The notes: generated by a model from the sequence alone, not told the origin. 64,000 bases of DNA from Escherichia coli (GCF_030384885.1 NZ_CP128613.1); one strand, 5' to 3'; counted from the first letter of the stretch, positions 10,087-25,667 are shown. Made by a program: numbers and translations.

Positions 10087-11427
10087 GTGACTACATTAAC
10101 GCTTGTTTTAACAGCAGTAGGGTCTGTTTTACTGCTGCTGTTTTTAGTCATGAAGGCGCGTATGCACGCTTTCCTGGCTTTGATGGTGGTGTCTATGGGG
10201 GCTGGCCTTTTTTCCGGTATGCCGCTCGATAAAATCGCAGCGACGATGGAAAAAGGGATGGGAGGCACCCTCGGCTTCCTGGCGGTAGTTGTCGCCCTGG
10301 GAGCCATGTTTGGCAAGATCTTACATGAAACCGGCGCAGTCGATCAGATTGCCGTCAAAATGCTCAAATCCTTCGGTCACAGTCGTGCGCATTATGCCAT
10401 TGGCCTTGCGGGCCTGGTTTGTGCGCTACCACTGTTCTTTGAAGTGGCGATTGTTCTGCTGATTAGCGTTGCTTTCTCAATGGCGCGCCATACTGGCACG
10501 AACCTGGTGAAGCTGGTTATCCCGTTATTCGCGGGCGTGGCGGCAGCAGCGGCGTTCTTACTACCGGGGCCAGCGCCAATGCTGCTGGCATCGCAGATGA
10601 ATGCTGACTTTGGCTGGATGATCCTGATTGGCCTGTGTGCGGCAATCCCGGGAATGATTATTGCCGGGCCGCTGTGGGGTAATTTCATCAGCCGCTATGT
10701 GGAGCTGCATATTCCTGACGATATCAGCGAACCGCATCTCGGCGAAGGCAAAATGCCGTCCTTCGGATTCAGCCTGTCGCTGATCCTGCTGCCGCTGGTG
10801 CTGGTGGGGCTGAAAACCATTGCCGCACGTTTTGTGCCGGAAGGCTCTACCGCTTACGAATGGTTCGAGTTTATCGGTCATCCGTTTACCGCAATTCTGG
10901 TCGCTTGCCTGGTAGCAATTTACGGCCTGGCGATGCGTCAGGGTATGCCGAAAGACAAAGTGATGGAGATTTGCGGTCACGCGCTGCAACCGGCGGGGAT
11001 TATTCTGCTGGTGATTGGTGCAGGCGGCGTGTTCAAACAGGTGCTGGTTGACTCTGGCGTAGGTCCGGCGCTGGGCGAAGCGTTAACCGGCATGGGCCTG
11101 CCGATTGCCATCACCTGCTTCGTGCTGGCAGCTGCAGTGCGCATCATTCAGGGTTCTGCCACCGTTGCCTGTTTAACGGCGGTGGGACTGGTGATGCCGG
11201 TTATTGAACAGCTGAACTACTCCGGTGCGCAAATGGCGGCGCTGTCAATTTGTATCGCCGGTGGTTCGATTGTTGTCAGCCACGTTAACGACGCCGGTTT
11301 CTGGTTGTTCGGTAAATTTACCGGCGCGACCGAAGCCGAAACGCTGAAAACCTGGACCATGATGGAAACCATCCTCGGCACCGTTGGTGCCATCGTCGGG
11401 ATGATTGCGTTCCAGCTGTTGAGTTAA
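10087..11427 (+). CDS. gntU: low-affinity gluconate transporter GntU (GntP family)
   Basis: 446-aa polytopic membrane protein; GTG start directly after the gntK stop. Confidence 0.92.
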   Translation: MTTLTLVLTAVGSVLLLLFLVMKARMHAFLALMVVSMGAGLFSGMPLDKIAATMEKGMGGTLGFLAVVVALGAMFGKILHETGAVDQIAVKMLKSFGHSRAHYAIGLAGLVCALPLFFEVAIVLLISVAFSMARHTGTNLVKLVIPLFAGVAAAAAFLLPGPAPMLLASQMNADFGWMILIGLCAAIPGMIIAGPLWGNFISRYVELHIPDDISEPHLGEGKMPSFGFSLSLILLPLVLVGLKTIAARFVPEGSTAYEWFEFIGHPFTAILVACLVAIYGLAMRQGMPKDKVMEICGHALQPAGIILLVIGAGGVFKQVLVDSGVGPALGEALTGMGLPIAITCFVLAAAVRIIQGSATVACLTAVGLVMPVIEQLNYSGAQMAALSICIAGGSIVVSHVNDAGFWLFGKFTGATEAETLKTWTMMETILGTVGAIVGMIAFQLLS

Positions 11428-11436
11428 GTTTGTTCG

Positions 11437-11469
11437 CCCGGTAGTTGTGACGCTACCGGGCTCTTTTCG
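11437..11469. terminator. hairpin terminator between gntU and yhgN
   Basis: cccggtag-ttgtgacg-ctaccggg followed by ctcttttcg. Confidence 0.6.
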
Positions 11470-11483
11470 AAAAACTCTCCTCG

Positions 11484-12077
11484 TTACCCCTTCATCCACA
11501 TTCGAATGCCGTCGAGGAACATCTGAGTTGCCATCATCACCAGAATCAATCCCATCAGGCGTTCAAGTGCATTCACCCCTTTCTCGCCCAGCAGACGTAA
11601 AAATAGCGAAGACTGTAGCAGGATGACAAAGGTGCCACCCCAGGCCAGCAGCAGAGCAATTACCAGATGTCCCATCTGATTCGGGTACTGATGAGACAAC
11701 AACATCAGCGTGGCGAGAATAGTCGGCCCGGCGACTAACGGAATTGCCAACGGCACGATAAACGGCTCTTCACCTGCCGGAAGCCCGCTGCTATTTCCTG
11801 AAGCACTGGGGAAAATCATCTTAATGGCGATCAGAAACAGAATGATGCCGCCAGAAATGGAGACGGTTTCTGCCCGCAGGCTAAGAAATGCCAGAATTTT
11901 CTCGCCCGCAAACAGGAACACCAGCATCACCAGGAGAGCAATAAGCAACTCTCGCACCATGATTGCCCGCCGTCTTTTCGGTTCAGTATGTTTCAGTACG
12001 GACATGAAAATAGGTAGGTTTCCGAGCGGATCCATAATCAGGATCAATAAAACTGCTGCAGAAATGATTTCATTCAT
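11484..12077 (-). CDS. yhgN: MarC-family inner membrane protein YhgN
   Basis: 197-aa hydrophobic ORF (MNEIISAAVLLILIMDPLGNLPIF...). Confidence 0.88.
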   Translation of the reverse strand: MNEIISAAVLLILIMDPLGNLPIFMSVLKHTEPKRRRAIMVRELLIALLVMLVFLFAGEKILAFLSLRAETVSISGGIILFLIAIKMIFPSASGNSSGLPAGEEPFIVPLAIPLVAGPTILATLMLLSHQYPNQMGHLVIALLLAWGGTFVILLQSSLFLRLLGEKGVNALERLMGLILVMMATQMFLDGIRMWMKG

Positions 12078-12269
12078 AACTCAAATTCCCTGATAATTGC
12101 CGCGGACTTTCTGCGTGCTAACAAAGCAGGATAAGTCGCATTACTGATGGCTTCGCTATCATTGATTAATTTCACTTGCGACTTTGGCTGCTTTTTGTAT
12201 GGTGAAAGATGTGCCACGAGGAGACCGGCACATTTATACAGCACACATCTTTGCAGGAAAAAAACGCTT

Positions 12270-13373
12270 ATGAAAAATGTTGGTTTTATCGGCTGGCGCG
12301 GTATGGTCGGCTCCGTTCTCATGCAACGCATGGTTGAAGAGCGCGACTTCGACGCCATTCGCCCTGTCTTCTTTTCTACTTCTCAGCTTGGTCAGGCTGC
12401 GCCGTCTTTTGGCGGAACCACTGACACACTTCAGGATGCCTTTGATCTGGAGGCGCTAAAGGCCCTCGATATCATTGTGACCTGTCAGGGCGGCGATTAT
12501 ACCAACGAAATCTATCCAAAGCTTCGTGAAAGCGGATGGCAAGGTTACTGGATTGACGCAGCATCATCTCTGCGCATGAAAGATGACGCCATCATCATTC
12601 TTGACCCCGTCAATCAGGACGTTATTACCGACGGATTAAATAATGGCATCAGGACTTTTGTTGGCGGTAACTGTACCGTAAGCCTGATGTTGATGTCGTT
12701 GGGTGGTTTATTCGCCAATGATCTTGTTGATTGGGTGTCCGTTGCAACCTACCAGGCCGCTTCCGGCGGTGGTGCGCGACATATGCGTGAGTTATTAACC
12801 CAGATGGGCCATCTGTATGGCCATGTGGCAGATGAACTCGCGACCCCGTCCTCTGCTATTCTCGATATCGAACGCAAAGTCACAACCTTAACCCGTAGCG
12901 GTGAGCTGCCGGTGGATAACTTTGGCGTGCCGCTGGCGGGTAGCCTGATTCCGTGGATCGACAAACAGCTCGATAACGGTCAGAGCCGCGAAGAGTGGAA
13001 AGGGCAGGCGGAAACCAACAAGATCCTCAACACATCTTCCGTAATTCCGGTAGATGGTTTATGTGTGCGTGTCGGGGCATTGCGCTGCCACAGCCAGGCA
13101 TTCACTATTAAATTGAAAAAAGATGTGTCTATTCCGACCGTGGAAGAACTACTGGCTGCGCACAATCCGTGGGCGAAAGTCGTTCCGAACGATCGGGAAA
13201 TCACTATGCGTGAGCTAACCCCAGCTGCCGTTACCGGCACGCTGACCACGCCGGTAGGCCGTCTGCGTAAGCTGAATATGGGGCCGGAGTTCCTGTCAGC
13301 CTTTACCGTGGGCGACCAGCTGCTGTGGGGGGCCGCGGAGCCGCTGCGTCGGATGCTTCGTCAACTGGCGTAA
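12270..13373 (+). CDS. asd: aspartate-semialdehyde dehydrogenase
   Basis: Start set at [21 protein letters not shown]; the track ORF is N-extended by 41 codons; 367 aa. Confidence 0.96.
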
Positions 13374-13645
13374 TCTTTATTCATTAAATCTGGGGCGCGT
13401 TGCCGCCCCTGTTAGTGCGTAATACAGGAGTAAGCGCAGATGTTTCATGATTTACCGGGAGTTAAATAGAGCATTGGCTATTCTTTAAGGGTGGCGGAAT
13501 ACAAGAGTATTTACAGCCTTACCTGAAGTGAGGACGACGCAGAGAGGATGCACAGAGTGCTGCGCCGTTCAGGTCAAAAAAATGTCACAACCAGAAGTCA
13601 AAAATCCAGTTGGATGGGGTGACACAATAAAACAGGAAGACAAGC

Positions 13646-15832
13646 ATGTCCGATCGTATCGATAGAGACGTGATTAACGCGCTAATTGCAGGCCATTTTG
13701 CGGATCCTTTTTCCGTACTGGGAATGCATAAAACCACCGCGGGACTGGAAGTCCGTGCCCTTTTACCCGACGCTACCGATGTGTGGGTGATTGAACCGAA
13801 AACTGGGCGCAAACTCGCAAAACTGGAGTGTCTCGACTCACGTGGATTCTTTAGCGGCGTCATTCCGCGGCGTAAGAATTTTTTCCGCTATCAGTTGGCT
13901 GTTGTCTGGCATGGTCAGCAAAACCTGATTGATGATCCTTACCGTTTTGGTCCGCTAATCCAGGAAATGGATGCCTGGCTATTATCTGAAGGTACGCATC
14001 TGCGCCCATATGAAACCTTAGGCGCGCATGCAGATACTATGGATGGCGTCACGGGGACGCGTTTTTCTGTCTGGGCTCCAAACGCCCGCCGGGTCTCGGT
14101 AGTCGGTCAATTCAACTACTGGGACGGTCGCCGTCACCCGATGCGCCTGCGTAAAGAGAGCGGCATCTGGGAACTGTTTATCCCTGGGGCGCATAACGGT
14201 CAGCTCTATAAATACGAGATGATTGATGCCAATGGCAACTTGCGTCTGAAGTCCGACCCTTATGCCTTCGAAGCGCAAATGCGCCCGGAAACCGCGTCTC
14301 TTATTTGCGGGCTGCCGGAAAAGGTTGTGCAGACTGAAGAGCGCAAAAAGGCGAATCAGTTTGATGCGCCAATCTCTATTTATGAAGTTCACCTGGGCTC
14401 CTGGCGTCGCCACACCGACAACAATTTCTGGTTGAGCTATCGCGAGCTGGCCGATCAACTGGTGCCTTATGCTAAATGGATGGGCTTTACCCACCTCGAA
14501 CTGCTGCCCATTAACGAGCATCCGTTCGATGGTAGTTGGGGTTATCAGCCAACCGGCCTGTATGCGCCGACCCGCCGCTTTGGTACTCGCGACGACTTCC
14601 GTTATTTCATTGATGCCGCACACGCAGCTGGTCTGAACGTGATTCTCGACTGGGTGCCAGGCCACTTCCCGACCGATGACTTTGCGCTTGCCGAATTTGA
14701 TGGCACGAACTTGTATGAACACAGCGATCCGCGCGAAGGCTACCATCAGGACTGGAATACGCTGATCTACAACTATGGTCGCCGTGAAGTCAGTAACTTC
14801 CTTGTCGGTAATGCGCTTTACTGGATCGAACGTTTTGGTATTGATGCGCTGCGCGTCGATGCTGTGGCATCAATGATTTATCGCGACTACAGCCGCAAAG
14901 AGGGGGAGTGGATCCCGAACGAATTTGGCGGGCGCGAGAATCTTGAAGCGATTGAATTCTTGCGTAATACCAACCGTATTCTTGGTGAGCAGGTTTCCGG
15001 TGCGGTGACAATGGCTGAGGAGTCTACCGATTTCCCTGGCGTTTCTCGTCCGCAGGATATGGGCGGTCTGGGCTTCTGGTACAAGTGGAACCTCGGCTGG
15101 ATGCATGACACCCTGGACTATATGAAGCTCGACCCGATTTATCGTCAGTATCATCACGGTAAGCTCACCTTCGGGATGCTCTACAACTACACTGAAAATT
15201 TCGTCCTGCCGTTGTCGCATGATGAAGTGGTCCACGGTAAAAAATCGATTCTCGACAGGATGCCAGGCGACGCATGGCAGAAATTCGCTAACCTGCGCGC
15301 GTACTATGGCTGGATGTGGGCATTCCCGGGCAAGAAACTGCTGTTCATGGGGAACGAATTTGCCCAGGGCCGCGAGTGGAACCATGACGCCAGCCTCGAC
15401 TGGCATCTGCTGGAAGGCGGCGATAACTGGCACCACGGTGTCCAGCGTCTGGTGCGCGATCTGAACCACACCTACCGCCACCATAAAGCAATGCATGAAC
15501 TGGATTTTGACCCGTATGGCTTTGAATGGCTGGTGGTGGATGACAAAGAACGCTCGGTGCTGATCTTTGTTCGCCGCGACAAAGCCGGGAATGAAATCAT
15601 CGTTGCCAGTAACTTTACGCCAGTGCCGCGTCATGATTATCGCTTCGGCATTAACCAGCCGGGTAAATGGCGTGAGATCCTCAATACCGATTCCATGCAC
15701 TATCACGGCAGTAATGCAGGCAATGGCGGCACGGTACACAGCGATGAGATTGCCAGCCACGGTCGTCAGCATTCACTAAGCCTGACACTACCACCGCTGG
15801 CCACTATCTGGCTGGTTCGGGAGGCAGAATGA
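13646..15832 (+). CDS. glgB: 1,4-alpha-glucan branching enzyme GlgB
   Basis: 728 aa; GH13 motifs; first gene of the glgBXCAP cluster. Confidence 0.97.
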   Translation: MSDRIDRDVINALIAGHFADPFSVLGMHKTTAGLEVRALLPDATDVWVIEPKTGRKLAKLECLDSRGFFSGVIPRRKNFFRYQLAVVWHGQQNLIDDPYRFGPLIQEMDAWLLSEGTHLRPYETLGAHADTMDGVTGTRFSVWAPNARRVSVVGQFNYWDGRRHPMRLRKESGIWELFIPGAHNGQLYKYEMIDANGNLRLKSDPYAFEAQMRPETASLICGLPEKVVQTEERKKANQFDAPISIYEVHLGSWRRHTDNNFWLSYRELADQLVPYAKWMGFTHLELLPINEHPFDGSWGYQPTGLYAPTRRFGTRDDFRYFIDAAHAAGLNVILDWVPGHFPTDDFALAEFDGTNLYEHSDPREGYHQDWNTLIYNYGRREVSNFLVGNALYWIERFGIDALRVDAVASMIYRDYSRKEGEWIPNEFGGRENLEAIEFLRNTNRILGEQVSGAVTMAEESTDFPGVSRPQDMGGLGFWYKWNLGWMHDTLDYMKLDPIYRQYHHGKLTFGMLYNYTENFVLPLSHDEVVHGKKSILDRMPGDAWQKFANLRAYYGWMWAFPGKKLLFMGNEFAQGREWNHDASLDWHLLEGGDNWHHGVQRLVRDLNHTYRHHKAMHELDFDPYGFEWLVVDDKERSVLIFVRRDKAGNEIIVASNFTPVPRHDYRFGINQPGKWREILNTDSMHYHGSNAGNGGTVHSDEIASHGRQHSLSLTLPPLATIWLVREAE

Positions 15833-17802
15833 CACAACTCGCTATTGGCAAACCCGCACCCCTCGGCGCGCATTACGACGGTCAGGGCGTCAACTTCACA
15901 CTTTTCTCCGCTCATGCCGAGCGGGTAGAACTGTGTATCTTTGACGCCAATGGCCAGGAACATCGCTATGACTTGCCAGGGCACAGTGGCGACATTTGGC
16001 ACGGTTATCTGCCGGATGCGCGTCCGGGTTTGCGTTATGGTTATCGCGTTCATGGCCCCTGGCGACCCGCCGAGGGACATCGCTTTAACCCGGCGAAGTT
16101 GTTGATTGATCCTTGCGCGCGGCAAATTGACGGGGAGTTTAAAGATAACCCGCTGCTGCACGCAGGTCATAATGAACCTGACTATCGCGACAACGCCGCC
16201 ATTGCGCCGAAATGTGTAGTGGCGGTTGATCACTATGACTGGGAGGATGATGCCCCGCCGCGCACGCCGTGGGGCAGCACTATCATTTATGAAGCCCATG
16301 TCAAAGGATTAACGTATCTGCACCCGGAGATCCCGGTCGATATCCGCGGCACTTATAAAGCCCTGGGGCATCCGGTGATGATCAACTATTTGAAACAGTT
16401 GGGCATTACTGCGCTGGAGTTGCTGCCGGTGGCACAATTTGCCAGCGAACCACGCCTGCAACGTATGGGGTTAAGTAACTACTGGGGCTATAACCCGGTG
16501 GCGATGTTTGCCCTGCATCCGGCGTATGCCTGCTCGCCAGAAACGGCGCTGAATGAGTTTCGCGATGCAATCAAAGCACTGCATAAAGCGGGTATCGAAG
16601 TCATTCTTGATATCGTGCTTAACCATAGTGCGGAACTGGACCTCGACGGTCCGTTATTCTCTCTGCGTGGGATCGACAACCGTAGCTATTATTGGATAAG
16701 AGAAGATGGTGATTATCACAATTGGACAGGCTGTGGCAACACGCTCAATTTGAGTCATCCGGCGGTGGTGGATTATGCCAGCGCCTGCCTGCGTTATTGG
16801 GTAGAAACCTGCCACGTCGATGGTTTCCGTTTTGATCTGGCGGCAGTCATGGGCCGTACGCCTGAGTTCCGTCAGGATGCTCCGTTGTTTACCGCAATTC
16901 AGAACTGCCCGGTGCTCTCGCAGGTGAAGTTAATTGCCGAACCGTGGGATATTGCGCCTGGTGGTTATCAGGTGGGAAATTTCCCGCCACTGTTTGCTGA
17001 GTGGAACGATCATTTCCGTGATGCTGCCCGTCGTTTCTGGCTGCATTATGATTTGCCTCTGGGGGCGTTTGCCGGGCGTTTTGCTGCCTCCAGCGATGTT
17101 TTTAAACGTAATGGTCGTCTGCCGAGTGCCGCGATTAATCTCGTCACCGCGCATGACGGTTTTACGCTTCGCGACTGCGTTTGCTTCAACCATAAACACA
17201 ATGAAGCAAACGGAGAAGAAAATCGCGACGGGACCAACAACAATTACAGTAACAATCATGGTAAAGAAGGATTAGGCGGTACTCTTGACCTGGTTGAACG
17301 GCGGCGCGACAGCATTCACGCCCTGTTAACAACGTTGTTGCTCTCCCAGGGTACGCCGATGTTACTGGCCGGTGACGAACATGGTCATAGCCAGCATGGC
17401 AATAACAATGCCTACTGTCAGGATAATCAATTAACCTGGTTGGACTGGTCGCAGGCAAGCAGTGGTTTAACCGCATTTACCGCCGCGTTAATCCATCTGC
17501 GCAAGCGCATTCCCGCTTTGGTGGAGAATCGCTGGTGGGAAGAAGGCGACGGCAATGTCCGTTGGCTAAATCGATATGCTCAACCTTTAAGCACGGATGA
17601 GTGGCAAAACGGGCCGAAACAGCTGCAAATTCTGCTCTCGGATCGCTTTTTGATCGCAATTAACGCCACGCTTGAGGTAACAGAGATTGTTTTACCTGCT
17701 GGGGAGTGGCACGCCATTCCCCCATTCGCTGGAGAGGATAACCCAGTGATTACGGCTGTCTGGCAGGGACCTGCACACGGATTGTGTGTGTTCCAGAGAT
17801 GA
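15829..17802 (+). CDS. glgX: glycogen debranching enzyme GlgX
   Basis: 657 aa; ATGA overlap with glgB stop; GH13 catalytic motifs. Confidence 0.96.
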
Positions 17803-17819
17803 TAAAAAAGGAGTTAGTC

Positions 17820-19115
17820 ATGGTTAGTTTAGAGAAGAACGATCACTTAATGTTGGCGCGCCAGCTGCCATTGAAATCTGTTGCCCTGATACTGGCGGGA
17901 GGACGTGGTACCCGCCTGAAGGATTTAACCAATAAGCGAGCAAAACCGGCCGTACACTTCGGCGGTAAGTTCCGCATTATCGACTTTGCACTGTCTAACT
18001 GCATCAACTCCGGGATCCGTCGTATGGGCGTGATCACCCAGTACCAGTCCCATACTCTGGTGCAGCACATTCAGCGCGGCTGGTCATTCTTCAATGAAGA
18101 AATGAACGAGTTTGTCGATCTGTTGCCAGCGCAGCAGAGAATGAAAGGGGAAAACTGGTATCGCGGCACCGCAGATGCGGTCACGCAAAACCTCGACATT
18201 ATTCGCCGTTACAAAGCGGAATATGTGGTGATCCTGGCGGGCGACCATATCTACAAGCAAGACTACTCGCGTATGCTTATCGACCACGTCGAAAAAGGCG
18301 CACGTTGCACCGTCGCTTGTATGCCTGTACCGATTGAAGAAGCCTCCGCATTTGGCGTTATGGCGGTTGATGAGAACGATAAAATTATCGAATTCGTTGA
18401 AAAACCCGCTAACCCGCCGTCAATGCCGAACGATCCGAGCAAATCTCTGGCGAGCATGGGTATCTACGTCTTTGACGCCGACTATCTGTATGAACTGCTG
18501 GAAGAAGACGATCGCGATGAGAACTCCAGCCACGACTTTGGTAAAGATTTGATTCCCAAAATCACCGAAGCCGGTCTGGCCTATGCGCACCCGTTCCCGC
18601 TCTCTTGCGTACAATCCGACCCGGATGCCGAGCCGTACTGGCGCGATGTGGGTACGCTTGAAGCTTACTGGAAAGCGAACCTCGATCTGGCCTCAGTGGT
18701 GCCGGAACTGGATATGTACGATCGCAATTGGCCAATTCGCACCTACAATGAATCATTACCGCCAGCGAAATTCGTGCAAGATCGCTCCGGTAGCCACGGG
18801 ATGACCCTTAACTCACTGGTTTCCGGCGGTTGTGTGATCTCCGGTTCGGTGGTGGTGCAGTCCGTTCTGTTCTCGCGCGTTCGCGTGAATTCATTCTGCA
18901 ACATTGATTCCGCCGTATTGTTACCGGAAGTATGGGTAGGTCGCTCGTGCCGTCTGCGCCGCTGCGTCATTGATCGTGCTTGTGTTATTCCGGAAGGCAT
19001 GGTGATTGGTGAAAACGCAGAGGAAGATGCACGTCGTTTCTATCGTTCAGAAGAAGGCATCGTGCTGGTAACGCGCGAAATGCTACGGAAGTTAGGGCAT
19101 AAACAGGAGCGATAA
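17820..19115 (+). CDS. glgC: glucose-1-phosphate adenylyltransferase GlgC
   Basis: Start set at [17 protein letters not shown]; nucleotidyltransferase motif LAGGRGTRL. Confidence 0.96.
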
Positions 19116-20548
19116 TGCAGGTTTTACATGTATGTTCAGAGATGTTCCCGCTGCTTAAAACCGGCGGTCTGGCTGATGTTATTGGGGCATTACCCGCAGC
19201 ACAAATCGCAGACGGCGTTGACGCTCGCGTACTGTTGCCTGCATTTCCCGATATTCGCCGTGGCGTAACCGATGCGCAGGTGGTATCTCGCCGTGATACC
19301 TTCGCTGGGCATATCACGCTGTTGTTCGGCCATTACAACGGGGTTGGCATTTACCTGATTGACGCGCCGCATCTCTATGATCGTCCGGGAAGCCCGTATC
19401 ACGATACCAACTTATTTGCCTACACTGACAACGTATTGCGTTTTGCGCTGTTGGGGTGGGTTGGGGCAGAAATGGCCAGCGGGCTTGACCCATTCTGGCG
19501 CCCTGATGTGGTGCATGCGCACGACTGGCATGCGGGCCTTGCGCCTGCGTATCTGGCGGCGCGTGGGCGTCCGGCGAAGTCGGTGTTTACTGTGCACAAC
19601 CTGGCCTATCAAGGCATGTTTTATGCACATCACATGAATGACATTCAATTGCCATGGTCATTCTTTAATATTCATGGGCTGGAATTCAACGGACAAATCT
19701 CTTTCCTGAAGGCTGGTCTGTACTATGCCGATCATATTACGGCGGTCAGCCCGACCTACGCTCGCGAGATCACCGAACCGCAGTTTGCCTACGGTATGGA
19801 AGGTCTGTTGCAACAGCGTCACCGTGAAGGGCGTCTTTCCGGCGTACTAAACGGCGTGGATGAAAAAATCTGGAGTCCAGAGACGGACTTACTGTTGGCC
19901 TCGCGTTACACCCGCGATACGTTGGAAGATAAAGCGGAGAATAAGCGCCAGTTACAAATCGCAATGGGGCTTAAGGTTGACGATAAAGTGCCGCTTTTTG
20001 CAGTGGTGAGCCGTCTGACCAGCCAGAAAGGTCTCGACCTGGTGCTGGAAGCCTTACCAGGCCTTCTGGAGCAGGGCGGACAGCTGGCGCTACTCGGCGC
20101 GGGTGATCCGGTGCTGCAGGAAGGTTTCCTTGCCGCGGCCGCGGAATATCCCGGACAAGTGGGCGTTCAGATTGGCTATCACGAAGCATTTTCGCATCGC
20201 ATTATGGGCGGCGCGGACGTCATTCTGGTGCCCAGCCGTTTTGAACCGTGCGGCTTAACGCAACTTTATGGATTGAAGTACGGTACGCTGCCGTTAGTGC
20301 GGCGCACCGGTGGGCTTGCTGATACGGTTTCTGACTGTTCTCTTGAGAACCTTGCAGATGGCGTCGCCAGTGGGTTTGTCTTTGAAGATAGTAATGCCTG
20401 GTCGCTGTTACGGGCTATTCGACGTGCTTTTGTACTGTGGTCCCGTCCTTCACTGTGGCGGTTTGTGCAACGTCAGGCTATGGCAATGGATTTTAGCTGG
20501 CAGGTCGCGGCGAAGTCGTACCGTGAGCTTTACTATCGCTTGAAATAG
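19115..20548 (+). CDS. glgA: glycogen synthase GlgA
   Basis: 477 aa; N-terminal KTGGL motif; 1-nt overlap with glgC stop. Confidence 0.96.
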
Positions 20549-23014
<2,466 letters not shown>

Positions 23015-23030
23015 GTTCACTATAAAATAG

Positions 23031-23060
23031 AACGGGGCCAAATCGGTCCCGTTTTTTTTC
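23031..23060 (+). terminator. rho-independent terminator of the glg operon
   Basis: aacggggcc-aaatc-ggtcccgtt stem followed by an 8-T run. Confidence 0.75.
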
Positions 23061-23131
23061 GCCTTTATTTCGGAGAAGTGTCCAGAGGGGCAAGGGGATT
23101 CGGGGGAGTATAATTTCGCCATTCAGAAAGA

Positions 23132-24649
23132 ATGGAAAGAATAATGCAAAACAGAAAATGGATTTTGACCTCGCTGATAATGACTTTTTTCGGCATCCCC
23201 ATACTGGCGCAATTTTTGGCAGCGGTTATTGCCATGCTGGGGGCCGGGCTTGCCGCTATTCTTGAGGCTTGCAATTTACTCTTTACGCCAACAATTTATC
23301 TTCTACTCAACGTCTTTATGCTGACGCTGGGGGCGATAATCCTATTTTTCTCTGGTCGCGTGTGGGCCGGTGATAGCGCACCAGAAAACAGAGAAATAGC
23401 CGTCTGGCGGCAATGCTTTTTTCTTTTACCTGCACTGTTAACTCTGGTTGGCTGGATAATCACGCTACATCTGGCAGATTATCAATTTCGCCAAATGGGA
23501 GCAGGTTGGTTGGCAGAGCTTATGCTCCCCTGGCTGGGAGTTTTGTTAGTCTCATTAGTCGGAGGTGAGTTCTGGTGGATAGTCATTATACCCGTTGGTG
23601 CGCATATTAGTTTTTCGCTGGGGTATGGCTGGCCGACCAGATATCCTTTAACCGGCACGTACGGGTTACGTTGCCGTAATTCCCTCCTGTTTATCCTTCT
23701 CATGCTTGGTTTTATCGCTGGTTATCAGGCTTATTTATATAAACAGATTAATCCCGGCGTCGGTGTGCGTGAAAATATTGATACCTGGGCCTGGCGACCC
23801 GATAAACTCAATAATCAACTGACGCCACTGCGTGGTAAACCGCAAATTCAGTTTACACAAAACTGGCCGCGACTCGATGGTGCTACGGCGGCGTACCCAA
23901 TTTATGCTTCTGCCTTTTATGCGTTGAGCGTTATACCGGAAGATTTCCACACATGGGAATATCTGGAGAACTCTCGTACCCCCGATGCATATAACAGGAT
24001 TGTTAAAGGTGATGCCGATATTATTTTTGTGGCGCAACCTTCCGGTGGGCAGAAAAAACGTGCAGAGGAATCGGGCGTCACTTTGAACTACACTCCTTTC
24101 GCCCGTGAAGCATTCGTTTTCATCGTCAATGCGGATAACCCGGTTAATTCCCTGACTGACCAACAGGTGCGTGACATCTTCAGTGGCGCAATTACCAACT
24201 GGCGTACTGTTGGCGGTAACGATCAGGAGATCCAGACCTGGCAACGCCCGGAAGACTCTGGCAGCCAGACAGTGATGCAATCGCAGGTCATGAAAAATGT
24301 CCGCATGATCTCGCCGCAGGAAACCGAAGTGGCAAGCATGATGGAGGGAATGATTAAAGTTGTTGCCGAATACCGTAATACAAACAACTCAATAGGCTAC
24401 ACCTTCCGCTATTACGCAACACAAATGAATGCCGATAAAAATATAAAACTGCTAGCTATTAACGGTATTGCACCGACTGCGGAAAATATTCGTAACGGCA
24501 AATATCCATATATCGTCGATGCCTTTATGGTAACGCGGGAAAATACTACGTCAGAAACACAAAAACTGGTCGAATGGTTTTTAACGCCGCAGGGGCAGAG
24601 TCTGGTGGAAGATGTGGGTTATGTACCGTTGCATACAACAATGAAATAA
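23132..24649 (+). CDS. islet 1 gene 1: polytopic membrane domain fused to a PstS-like (phosphate-binding-protein fold) periplasmic domain
   Basis: 505-aa ORF; residues about 1-200 form several hydrophobic helices; the C-terminal part shows PstS-like motifs (AAYPIYASAF; QRPEDSGSQTVM, compare PstS RADGSGTS; SIGYTFRYYA). Function not assigned. Confidence 0.7.
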   Translation: MERIMQNRKWILTSLIMTFFGIPILAQFLAAVIAMLGAGLAAILEACNLLFTPTIYLLLNVFMLTLGAIILFFSGRVWAGDSAPENREIAVWRQCFFLLPALLTLVGWIITLHLADYQFRQMGAGWLAELMLPWLGVLLVSLVGGEFWWIVIIPVGAHISFSLGYGWPTRYPLTGTYGLRCRNSLLFILLMLGFIAGYQAYLYKQINPGVGVRENIDTWAWRPDKLNNQLTPLRGKPQIQFTQNWPRLDGATAAYPIYASAFYALSVIPEDFHTWEYLENSRTPDAYNRIVKGDADIIFVAQPSGGQKKRAEESGVTLNYTPFAREAFVFIVNADNPVNSLTDQQVRDIFSGAITNWRTVGGNDQEIQTWQRPEDSGSQTVMQSQVMKNVRMISPQETEVASMMEGMIKVVAEYRNTNNSIGYTFRYYATQMNADKNIKLLAINGIAPTAENIRNGKYPYIVDAFMVTRENTTSETQKLVEWFLTPQGQSLVEDVGYVPLHTTMK

Positions 24650-24674
24650 CTTTTGAGAGAACGGAATCAGCGCG

Positions 24675-25667
24675 ATGAATAAATTCATAGGCGTTTTACT
24701 GCTAGGTGCGGTTTTACTGGCGGGATGTGTCGACCGGGAAGGCTACTATAACAGCGTCAGGGAAGAAGACAGCCATGGACTGACGACTCTGCGGGGGCAA
24801 CCTGAATTACGTTACAACGATGATTGGTCAAGATGGCCGAGAGTATACGGCGCTACAGCCTTATACCCGCTGTATGCCTCCGCGTATTATGAATTAGTAC
24901 CCGAGCCAAAAGATAAGGATCGAACCTCGCTGGCCTGGCAGGCGTATGGTTTGCAACAAACCCGAACAGCTGAAGCCTACGATAGTCTGATCAAGGGTAC
25001 CGCGACGGTTATTTTTGTTGCACAACCGTCGGAAGGACAGAAAAAACGTGCAGAAGAAGCAGGCGTTAAACTGAAATATACCGCGTTTGCCCGCGAAGCC
25101 TTTGTCTTTATCGTTGATATCAAAAACCCGGTTAATTCACTTAGCGAACAGCAGGTCAAAGACATTTTTAGCGGTAAAGTGAGTCGCTGGAATAAAGTGG
25201 GCGGCGGTGACGAAAGTATAAAAGTCTGGCAGCGGCCAGAAGATTCTGGAAGCCAAACGGTTATGAAGGGACTGGTTATGCAAGATACTCCAATGCTGCC
25301 AGCCAAAAAATCCACTGTTATCGATCTTATGGGCGGTTTAATTACCGAAGTCGCCGACTACCAAAACACAACATCTTCCATTGGATACACCTTCCACTAT
25401 TACGTCACACGTATGAATGACAATATGCTCAAAATGCGCAAACAGATCAAACTGCTAGCTATAACTGGCATTGCGCCTACAGAGGAAAATATCCGTAACG
25501 GCACTTATCCGTACATAATTGATGCTTATATGGTGACGCACGAAACCCCTGCGCTGGAAACGCAGAAATTCGTCGACTGGTTTTTAAGCCCGCAGGGACA
25601 GCAATTGGTAGAGGATGTGGGGTATGTGCCGATTCATGACGCATCATACGAATCATCAGTGCAATAA
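24675..25667 (+). CDS. islet 1 gene 2: lipoprotein with PstS-like substrate-binding domain
   Basis: 330 aa; lipobox LLAGC; same motifs as the gene-1 C-terminal domain (ALYPLYASAYY; QRPEDSGSQTVM; SIGYTFHYY). Confidence 0.72.
   Translation: MNKFIGVLLLGAVLLAGCVDREGYYNSVREEDSHGLTTLRGQPELRYNDDWSRWPRVYGATALYPLYASAYYELVPEPKDKDRTSLAWQAYGLQQTRTAEAYDSLIKGTATVIFVAQPSEGQKKRAEEAGVKLKYTAFAREAFVFIVDIKNPVNSLSEQQVKDIFSGKVSRWNKVGGGDESIKVWQRPEDSGSQTVMKGLVMQDTPMLPAKKSTVIDLMGGLITEVADYQNTTSSIGYTFHYYVTRMNDNMLKMRKQIKLLAITGIAPTEENIRNGTYPYIIDAYMVTHETPALETQKFVDWFLSPQGQQLVEDVGYVPIHDASYESSVQ

Noticed and set aside
14018-15772. Long antisense ORFs (242 aa and 300 aa, minus strand) inside glgB
   Set aside because: They lie opposite a strongly recognisable GlgB frame, and their translations are low-complexity and Arg/Ala-rich, as expected for antisense frames of GC-rich coding DNA.
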